Below, in pieces: positions 48,801 through 64,000 of a DNA stretch of 64,000 nt. Position numbers and translations under genes: made by a program. The notes under the pieces are model-generated. The model did no database searches, had not been told where the DNA came from, and saw only the letters and a list, made by a program, of their open reading frames with translations. Within the stretch, counting starts at the first letter, position 1; every line of letters begins with the position of its first letter. Source of the stretch: the human T2T-CHM13v2.0 reference genome, Homo sapiens; assembly GCF_009914755.1 (NCBI RefSeq), contig NC_060947.1. One strand, given 5' to 3'.

Positions 48801-51066
48801 TGCATGGCTGCTGCTGGGGGATAGGGGAGGGGTGGATCTGGTGATTCAAGACTGTCTCTCTGACCCTCCTCAATACCTCTTTCAACAATATAAAGTCCGG
48901 TACTGTGATTGCTCACCTGATTTTTGTTTTTTTGTGACAGTGCTTTCTGTGTGCAGATAGTTGTTAAAATTTGGTGTTCCTGTGGGGAGTACTAACGTTG
49001 CAGGTTTGTATTCTGCCATCTTGTTCTGCCCCTCCCAATAGTTTTATATACCAGCAAACATAAGGACTGTCTTTCTCATCTTCCTTACACTAACCAGATA
49101 CTCATTTTGGTTACCCAATAAGTAAATATTACCTCCTAACAGAAGACCGTATCATTATAATTTTCCTGTTCCCTGCTTTTGTCACATTTTACAATTCAGC
49201 CCCTCCAACAGAAGAGTAATGAATAGCAGAATAAGAATCTCTTCACTATCTTGTCCTGCTCCTCTTTATTCCTACCATTTCTGCATTTTTTCCAAGATTC
49301 TTTGTCATCTACAAAGGCAGAACTGCAAACACCAGAGAAGAGCTGAAGAGAAGAGACCACTGTTAGTAAAAGAAAACAAGAACAGCAATACAGGTCTGAA
49401 AATGAAAGGGTCAGGCTATCAGAAAGTAGTCATCAAGGGGGACAATTGTTATATGTAACTAACAGCTCAGATTCTTATAAGAAAGAATAAATCAGGCATC
49501 AAAAGGAAAAAAAACTGAGCTTATGAGAAAGGCGCAGTGATTTCTTATTTAAACGGCATAGCAGTTTCCTGTCTATAAATACGTATGTTTCTATGTATGT
49601 GTGTGTGCATGCATGTGTGTCTTTTATAAGTAAGTGGTGAAAAAGAAGAACATAGTGCCCATTGTGGATGGAGGAAATAATAAAAATAGGCCTCAAACAG
49701 CAAGTGCCCTGGACTTACAAGCCCTGAACCTGAAGGAAAAACTAGTTTCAGTCCAGAATAAATTGGAATCTGAGCAATTACAAATTTTTATTAAAAGAAT
49801 AAAATATTGAATCCAGAAAATCCTCATGACTTAATGTAGGTATGTGTGTATGTACAATGTGCTAAGCCTGTATATGGGCGAACCTGATCCAAACAATCTG
49901 GGTGATAATTCTAACTACCCTGAACTTGGGGAAAGCAAAGGGTTTAGAACCCCCAACTTTTAATTTAAAAACATTTTAAATTGAGCTTTTTACCAAAGAA
50001 AAATTCTGATATTACTAGATATTAAGTTAAATAGAAAATTAGTTTGAAGCAACTGAATCAAAGTGGGGTAAATTTACATTAAATTTGATTTTTTAAATCA
50101 GGTTTTTAAAGCATACAATAATATCTTTTGATTACCATTTTATTATGCTCCCTGTGAAGTTTCCTCTATATTTGAACTGGCCAGCCTCATCAACCAGTTT
50201 GCCAATGGGCTTTTCCTTGAATGAGTGCTATTAACAACATATGGTAACAATACAGGGATGTCTTTTTAAACTTCAGGCAGTGTACACAGCTTTTGCTGTG
50301 CTCCAAGGTCCCTTCTTTTTATTTAAATTGTTGGTTTTTAAGGCTCTGCTTTAACCACTCAGTCTTGCTGAAACTGAAGATCTCTCCCCATCAAACTGCA
50401 CCCTACCATCCCCAGTTATAAGGAAAACATGATTCTTATACATCATTTATTATCATCCTTGTACATCATTATGGTATAAAGAAAACATAGAATGAGAAAA
50501 ATATATAATGAAAACCTGCAAATATGTGAGTATAAGCCTACAATTTTAATTCCTCTTTATAGTTTTATGGTAAAATTCTAGTAATCTGCTCAGTCCTTAC
50601 TTAGGATATAAATTATTATCCTTTTCTCAAAGGAGTGCTGTCAATTGTCAGTGTGAACTAAGTTCAGTTGCCATTAAAAATAATTACCCTGGAAAAGTAA
50701 ACATGCATCCCCTACCTTGTGATAATCTCACTTACTGAATCATTACAAATCACTCTTTCCTCTTCTCGCACCTTGTACCACTTAGAACAGTTAATACATT
50801 CTGCCTTCCATTGTTCCTTTATTTATCTTTACCTAAAACACTATAAACCAGTAGGTGGAAAAAGGGTGGGAATCCAGTTCATCACTGCATTCCACACAGA
50901 ACTTTTCATATTGTAGGTATTCAATGCCTACTTAAAAATGACATTTGGTCCTTTCCTAGAGATATGAGAGAAATATCCCAGACCCATACTCTTCCTTAGG
51001 TGGTATCACTAGAAGAGCCTTCTAACTACAACTGTAGCATTTTTAATTGCCCAAATTGGGATTTTT

Positions 51067-56028
<4,962 letters not shown>

Positions 56029-58169
56029 GCCAACCTGGGATTTTAAATGATGATTAATCATTATACTCTCAAAACTAATGGGTTGTGCTTTGGGTTTTCA
56101 ACACTTTCTCCATCTTCCAGGTCCCCTTACTCCTTGCACCACCATTTACCCCAAAAGAAAAAAGAACAGTTGTTTGCAGTAAACCTCCTCAACTCCCCTG
56201 GCGAGCCTCATGAACACCTAATACAGGGGGGCTAGAGAGGAGAGACTGAGGAGATTTCTAGTCCACAGGTGACTTGCCTGATTTCTCTTTAAGTGAGCTA
56301 AGGAGCCTCTGTTACTCATCTAAACCATAATAACAAATCGTCTCTATACTTTTGGCTTTAACTGTACCATAACTGCAAAACATTTTGGAAGAGGTAATGC
56401 TAATAATTGTGATACTTAAGTCCTGCAATCCAGCTCAATAATTCAACAAGCATTTTCAGAGAGCCTCCTATGTACAAGGTGAGAAGCAATACAAACATGA
56501 GAGAACTAGGATACTCCCTTAATTATATCTATTAATACATCCAACACCATTTTTTTCAACAAAACTAACTAGACATGGATTTTTTAACTGGGCTAGGGCT
56601 TGCCCTGATTGATTAGTGTTCACATATAGAGCAATGGGTTTAGCTAAATAAATAATGTTACTAAACAAACCCAACCAGGGAAGCTATTGGTAAAGAGAAT
56701 TAATGATTATGTACATATATCACTTCTTAACTATTAGGTGCTCCTAGGCTCCAGGAAACAGAAGCCCTGAATTAGACCTTATTTGAGTATCTACTAGGTG
56801 CATGACTCAGTAATACATGCTGAGTGGCAGGAGTGACATAGAGTATTAGAAGCCATCTTAAATAAAGATGACTCCATCATAGTCTCCCCTGTGGAATAAA
56901 AAATACCCCACACACCTTGCACTGCCACTGTTATACTGTGTGTTGTTTACCCTTTTTAGAAAATAGTCTACTCTGAGGATACACATGGATCAAAAATAAA
57001 CAAAAATAAAGGTGCTGTTTCCAAAAAAACAAATTCTCATTGTTCAAATAACTCATATTCTATGTCTTTGTTTGGGGTGGGGGTTAGAAACCCCAACCAA
57101 AAGATTCAAACATGTTGGTATACAATAGATATAGTTCAAGAACTCAAGGTATATTTACGGGAGGGTGCAAAGGAGACAGTGAGAAAGAAAGAAAGGGAGA
57201 GTGTAGATGCTAAGTACATGGGTTTATATGGCTAGTCAAATAATAACAAGTGAAGCAAGCTCTACTGCTCTCAGTATACATAGTGCTACTCTAATATACA
57301 AACCTATTTGTGATATAATTCAATAATTTAAGTGGACAATGTATAATGGCAACTTTTTTTGAACACTGACAAAAGTTGAGTCTTTCCTCCTACAAGTGAG
57401 CCACAACTTATTTGCCTTGAAAATAAACATAAAAATCCAAGAGAATTAAAAAAAAAACTATACATGAAGCCCCCAAGCCCTAATTATAACCTCTCTTAAA
57501 ACATTTCCAATTATCAGCTCCTGAGAAAGGTATAACAGAAATGGAGGCACCAAGCACATTTCCTTATGCAACTGTCTTCCCACACTAGTAGTAAAGAAGA
57601 TTCTTTATCAGCAGTGATTTAGTTACCCACCTAATGCTTACTTATTGTGTTTTCAGAAAAACCACTACAATAATTTTCAAATAGAAACTATTAGCATCCA
57701 TTGTAATTAATATCTTCTTTCCCAATGCTAAAGGCTCTACTTTGTCAGAAACCACTGGTTCTTCTCCCAGCCACCCTCAACTAGTACAGCTACTTGCCGA
57801 AGGGCCCAGCTTTAAAGAGTGAAACCATCTTTAATTTTATCTCCTCCTTTTTGTTTAGGGTTTGTTTTAAAACCTTCATCTCCAGGAAGATAGAACAAAT
57901 AATAAAAACACCTATCACTGTACTGGACTAAATTAAAAGGCCCTTTACCTCACTTAGGAGATCTATTCTAGTCTGTTCTCAGTCCTTCCAAATTCTACTT
58001 GAATTTTAAGGCCTTGCATAAATTCCACTCCCACCACTAAACCTTCTCAAGACCACTCTAGCCTATGGATATCCTGTCTATGGACTATTTAACTAGCTCT
58101 CAATACCACTTATTTCTCCCTTATCATATATTATTTAGTATTATTACCTGTTTCAAGTGTATCCTGTCT

Positions 58170-58352
58170 AGAAATCCTGACATATGAGAATGACAGAAGA
58201 ACTTGAGGGTGCTTGGCCTGGAGGGGAGATGTTTCAAGGACACATTAGGTAAATATATTTTTAAACGATTGAAGCTTTGTCATATAGAAGAAGAATTAAG
58301 AATTAACCTTTGTTGCTCCAGAAGATAGAGTTTGAAGGAAGCACATTTTAGG
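58170..58352 (+). mobile_element. CR1/L3 fragment
   Basis: 'tatgag...gaacttgagggtgcttggcctggagg...ttgaagctttgtcatatagaagaagaatta...gctccagaag'. Confidence 0.6.
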
Positions 58353-60011
58353 GCTACATGAGCAGGTTATAAATATCTATCATGTATTTTACTATGTTCT
58401 ATGTGCTATATTGGGCACATACCCATATCTTGTATCATTTAACTATAATAGGTTTTTCTAACAGTATAACTGATTCAAACAATGTACTAGTGTGTCTTAT
58501 AAAGTAATAAGCTCTTTTCCTCAGAACTGTTGGAGGCAAGGATCCCATGCTGGGTGAAGGGGATGGAACTAGAATATTCAAAATGTCCCATTTTAATGCT
58601 GATGATATATGGGGTGTGCCCATTAAGTAATGACATAAATTCATCTTTAGAAAAGAAACCAATTAAGATCTGTGCAGGACCCAACCTGTACATGGTTTGG
58701 GGCTGCTATCTGCCTCATAAAGCAAAGTGAAGGGTTTGTTTTCTGAAAACACAAAGTCATTTTCTCTTCTGAAAAAGCCTCCTACATATTTGGCTTTGCA
58801 ATTTTCCAGGAATAAGAGGGCAAGGATTGAGGCTTCATAAGTCTGGGTTTTCAGTTCAGGTTAAGAGAGAAGATGAATTGAAACCAGAAAATTCAGACTG
58901 GGAAGTAGGTCCCTCTAGAACTCATCACTGTTAACTCAGCCTGGGCTTCACGAGTCATAGAAGTGGATTCCTTGATAACAAAATAAATATAGTTTCTCCC
59001 CAAAAGAAGACAAACTCAAGTACATGCATACATATAAGCATTCTACTTTAAAGACGTTAACCTAGAAAATGTGAACTTAGTTCCAAATGACATAGCTGCT
59101 CCACCCTCAAAGGAAAAAGGACTGTCATTTCAAAGTAGGTTCTAAGCAACATACTGGAGGGTCTGGAGATGATCTCAAAAACACTTTTAAGTAACATCGG
59201 TTTTGTGAAAATAATGTAAGTTTCCTAAAGTAGCCAATTTGGAAAGGGACAGCATGAATTTTCATATGTAACTACTGATTTTTTAAAGCAAATATTTATT
59301 ACTTTGTAATCGCAGCCCACATATGTTGTCTCTCTACCTCAATTATAAGGGCCTGTTGGCAAGGACATTTTCAAGTGGCAGCATGCAGTCTTTAACACCT
59401 TCTTCATTATTTTTAAAAAGTATCCATGTCAACTCAAGGCTGTGAGTTAATTAATGATAGTAATAATAATAATATTAAATTAAATTTTGAGTACATACTA
59501 TGTCAGACACTTGCTGAGCATAAATATTCATCTCACTCATCTCATCAAATGACTCTTTAGTCAAGTAAATGGTCAGACCATCTAGTTAGAGGCTTGGCTG
59601 ACTCCTCCCCCTTCTTCTAACTGAATTGATCAATTCTAAGGCACAATTATTTACTTGCCTTATAATCACTGACATACAGCTTATGTCTGGTCTAGACTGC
59701 TTGTTTACCAATTTTCTTCTGTATTCCCATAGACAAAAAAATCCCTCCTGTTGAATAGTATTCAAAGGTTATGATTATTCTCTATGCTTGATTTTTCTCC
59801 TTGGTCAAAAAATGTGTCCTTGTTTATTTAAAAAATGAAAATTACTTTTAGCAAAACTACTAGTTGAGCTAGTAATTAACACAAATGACCTACTCCTCCA
59901 TGATAAACAAATGAATTTCAAGCTAGCTGGCAAGGAAGCCAGATGGTTAATATTGAACCTGTATTTGAATTGTATTCTCAAAACACCATGGATTTAAAAC
60001 ACATTAATAAT

Positions 60012-60249
60012 TGTATTAGTTTTCTATGGCTGCTGTAATAAATTACAACAAAGTCAGTGGCATAAAACAACAGTAATTTATTCTCTCATAGTTAGAGAGG
60101 CCAGACTGTAAAATCAAAGTGTCAGTAGGTCTGTACCCTCCTCTGGAGGCTCTGCAAAGGCACTTTGTCCAAATAAGGTAACATTCACAGGTTCCAGGGA
60201 TTAGGACATTGACAGACCTTTTAGAGGGCCACTATTCAGCCCACTACAA
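60012..60249 (-). mobile_element. MaLR LTR (MLT1B/C-like), internally deleted
   Basis: 'tgtattagttttctatggctgctgtaataaatta'...'attcagcccactaca'. Confidence 0.82.
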
Positions 60250-60358
60250 TGATTAATACTTAAAACATAAAAACACTTATTAGAATATCCTATAAAGATC
60301 AAAATAGCTGAGAAATTAATAAGTAGGTCTTGGTAAAAAAAATGAATATTAAAAGAGC

Positions 60359-60702
60359 AGTTTGTGTCCCTCCAAAATAAATATGCTGAAATCTAATCCC
60401 CAATGTGATGGTATTTGAAGGTGGGGTCCTTTGGGAGGTGATTAGGACATGAGAGTGGACCACTCATGAATGAGATTAGTGCCTTCATAAAAGAGACCCC
60501 AGAGAGTTCTCTCATTTCTTCCACCACATGAAGAAACAGCAAGAAGGCATAGTCTGTGAACCAGGAAGTGAGCCCTCACCAGACACCGAATCTACTGATT
60601 TCTTGATCTTGGACTTGCCAGCCTCCAGAATTGTGAAAAATAAATTTCTGTTGTTTCTAAGCCAGCCAGTCTGTGGTGATTTGTTATAGCAGCCCAAACT
60701 GA
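60359..60702 (+). mobile_element. MaLR LTR (MLT1A-like)
   Basis: 'tgaaatctaatccccaatgtgatggtattt'...'aataaatttctgttgttt'...'ttgttatagcagccc'. Confidence 0.85.
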
Positions 60703-60774
60703 TGGAGAGAGGGCATAAATTTCATCTCTTCAGCCACATCTGCCTATAAAGATGGTACAACTTGGTCTTCCAGT

Positions 60775-63700
60775 ATGTCTGTTCAAGGTGGCTGACTGGA
60801 AGCATCCGGTACTTGCCTCCTCCAGAAAGAGGAACCAAAATAGTATTAGAATCACACTTTGAATTGATCATCCAAAAGACAACACTAGAATTCAACAGAG
60901 AAGAGACAGGAAACACCTAAGGCAAGGAAGGAGAGGGAAGAAAGGCACTCTGCTCAGCCAGATTGGGTGGGAGCCCAGAGAGGCTCTCCAGTGCAGGAAA
61001 AGGGTATGTGAGAAACCCTCAGCAGTCCACATTCCCACTGCAGACTCCTGCAATCTCAGCCTTCAAAGAGCCCATCCACCCTCTTGGGTCCTGAGACTAA
61101 CATAGGGATCTGCCTGGAGACTGCATGATGGCATGCTCCAGAGAGGGAGATCACACTGAGACCCACACACCCTCCAACTCCTAAGAAGCTGCAGCATGTC
61201 TCCATTTTGAAAGGCCAGGCCCCACCAGGCTGCATCCTGCACTGGAGCCCAGCAGGCCTTGCATCTCCACATCCCTGGAGCTGAATTCACATCATCCATC
61301 TGTAGCCACCACCACTGCTGTCTGGTGCATCCAGAGCAGAACCATAAGCCGTTGGCGTGACCCTGCTATAGGGTGCATTTTCCCACTCCCTGAAGACAGA
61401 TTTCTCCATCTGCAGTCACTGCCACTGCTGGCTGATGCTGCCAGGGCTGAAGTGTGAGCTACTGGTAGTGACTCTGAGGACAGGCTACCCTGCCTACAGC
61501 TACCACCTGAGACCAAGGCATGTGCTCCACAGCTTCCTGCCTATTACTGCTACCAATGAAAGCAACCTTGCACGCTCCAACAGTAGAGCCACAGCACAGT
61601 CACTGCTGTTCCCATCCAAGCATTCCACTAGAAACTTTGGAATCACCCTGGCTCTGCCAACACAGCCAGTGCCCACACATATGACTGAGGATTGAGGAAA
61701 GGATGACCTGGTCCAGCTCTGTCCCACTCCCAGTGTCTGAGCATGCCACCTGGAGGCCTGGGGATTTCACTGTCTCATCTACCACCATTAGCACTTGAGC
61801 ACTTCTCCCAGGGGCCTGAGGACAGACCCACCCAACCTGCCACAACTACAGCAGCTGACACTCACCTGCATGTGTGACTTGCAGACCTGAGACTGGCCCA
61901 CCCAGCCTTCCACAGCCACTGCTAACACCAGCACAAACCATTTTGGGGCCAAAGAGTTGTTCTGCCACTGCTACTGCCATCACTCTTTCCAAGCCCACTG
62001 CCCAGGGACCCGAGGACCACCACTACCACTTCTGGCACCTGAGCCACATGGAGGTGCAACCATTGGCCTGCCAGGACCAACTAACATTGTTGCCAGCCTA
62101 TGTTGCCCTGAGGCCCAATGACAGGTATGCTAGGCCTACCATTACCACAGTGGGCCTGATGACATTCCTACCTGGCATCCCAGTGCCCAGCAAAGCTTCA
62201 CCACAGCCTTCACTAACAACCACACCCTAAGCTACTGAGGAAATCACAAACACTACTGAAGCTGTTTACAACTGAAGAAATCATATAGAGAATACACTAT
62301 TGCACGTACCCAGAATCAAAGCCAAGGTGCCCTACCCAGCCAACACAACAGATACATCTTCAGGAAAAGTCCTCCCGTATGAAAGAAAATCCAAAATTTT
62401 GGAAGAAGCAACTGGCACACCAGATGTGCAGATATCAATGGAGGGACACAAGAAACATGAAAAAGCAAGGAAATATGACACCTCCAAATAAAAATAATTA
62501 TTCTCCAGCAAAAGATCCCCAAAAAAAGAGATTTATGAAATCCTAGAAAAATTATTAAAAGTGTTGATATTAAAAACCTCAGTGAGAGACAAGAGAACCT
62601 CATAAACAGCACAAAAAAATCAGAAAAACAATTCAGTATATTAATGAGAAATTTATCAAAGAGATATTATTAAAAAAAGAAACAAACAGAAATCCTGGAA
62701 CTGAAGAATTCACTGAATGAAAAAAAAATACATTCTAAAGCTTCAACAATAGACTAGATCAAGCAGAAGAAAAAATTTCAGGACTTGACGACAGGTCTTT
62801 TGAAATCACCCAGTCAGTCAAATTTTTTTTAAAGAAATAATTTTTAAAAATGAACAAAACCTACATGACATAAAGGAGACCACAAATTGACCAAATACTT
62901 GACCTTCAGTGTTCCAAAAGGTGAATAGAAGAACAAAGGGGGTAGAAAACCTATTGAACAAAATAATAGCTGAAAACATCTCAAGTCTAGCAGGAGATTT
63001 AGACATCCAGACACAGGAAGCTCAGAGATCTCCAAATACATATCGTCTAAAAAGGTCTTATCCACTGTGTATTATAGTCAAATTGCCAAAAGTCAAAGAC
63101 AAAGAGATAATTTTAAAAACAGCAAGAGAAAAGCATCTAGCCACTTATAAGGGAACCCCTAACAGACTAACAGTTGGTTTCTCAGCAGAAACTTAACAGG
63201 CCAGAAGAGAATGGGATGACATCTTCAAAGCGCTTAAAGGAAAAAAAAAAAATAACTGCCAGCCAAGGATACTATACCCAGCAAAGTTAACATTCATAAA
63301 CAAAAGATAAAGTCTTTCCCAGACAAGCCAAAGCTGAGGGAATTCATCAGCATAAGACCAATCCTACAAGAAATGTTTAAGGTAGTCCTACACCTGGAAG
63401 CAAAAGGACACTATCTACTATCACAAAAAGACACAAAAGTATAAAACCACTGGTAGAGCAAACAGACAAACAAGGACAAAAAAGGACTCAAATGTTATGA
63501 CTACGGAAAACCACCAAACCATAATGAATAAACAATAAGACAGAAAGAAAGACACAAAAGATATACAAACAACAAGAAACCAAGTAAAATGATAGGAATA
63601 AGCCCTCACATATTAATAATAATCTTGAATGTAAACAAATGAGGCATTCCACTTAAAAGATATAGATGGGCTGAATGGATTTAAAAAAAAATGACCTATG

Positions 63701-64000
63701 TATAGAATCCCTATAAGAACTCATTTCACCTGTAAAGACACATATAGATTGAAAGTAAAGGGATGAAAAAAAGATATTCCATGCAAATTGAAATAAAAAA
63801 ATGAGCAAGGGTAGCTATGTTTAAATAAGACAAAAGATACTTTAACTTGAAAACAATAAAAAGAAACAAAGAAGGTCAATATATAATGATACAGAGATCA
63901 ATTCAGCAAGAGAATATAACAATTCCAAATACATATGCACCCAACACCAGGCCACCCAGATATGTAAAGCAAATATTTTTAGATCTAAAGGGAGAGATAG
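60775..64000 (+). mobile_element. Older L1M (L1MA-class) 5'UTR, ORF1 remnant and ORF2 start; runs off the window
   Basis: 'caaggtggctgactggaagc' start; ORF1 remnant (ILKTAREKH..TYKGTPNRLT); ORF2 ATG at 63589 (MIGISPHILIIILNVN). Confidence 0.85.

Noticed and set aside
57642-57815. Splice-like signals on both strands in unique DNA
   Set aside because: All frames contain stops and the boundaries are ambiguous; left out of the exon chain
58487-58644. Alternative frame IKMGHFE...ILASNSSEEKSL loosely recalling NACHT/WD (NWD-type) proteins
   Set aside because: Short resemblance from memory only, needs a gap and cannot be verified without a search; no gene name assigned
61063-62491. Cluster of ORFs in GC-richer DNA
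   Set aside because: Lies within an old L1M 5'UTR with degenerate internal repeats

Overview
Primate (almost certainly human) AT-rich, gene-poor DNA; by my rough sum about 60% LINE-1. It holds a full-length L1PA2/L1PA3-type element on the minus strand (577-6623, 17-bp TSD) with intact ORF1, a disabled ORF2 and an extended antisense ORF0. There is also a near full-length L1MA2-like element (40.7-49.0 kb), several older L1PA/L1PB/L1M pieces (often nested), about 14 Alus, three MaLR LTRs, MER63A, MIR/L2/L3 fragments and microsatellites. No intact cellular protein-coding gene is recognisable, and I found no prokaryote-style system. Best leads: two L1 3' transductions bracketed by TSDs (42769-43364, 17867-18284), a templated inverted insertion copied from about 740 bp away (52011-52078), a 102-aa ORF0 variant, and a speculative chain of minus-strand exon-like segments that may be a decayed multi-exon gene or lncRNA. 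Subfamily names come from recalled diagnostic sequence, and boundaries of old repeats are approximate.
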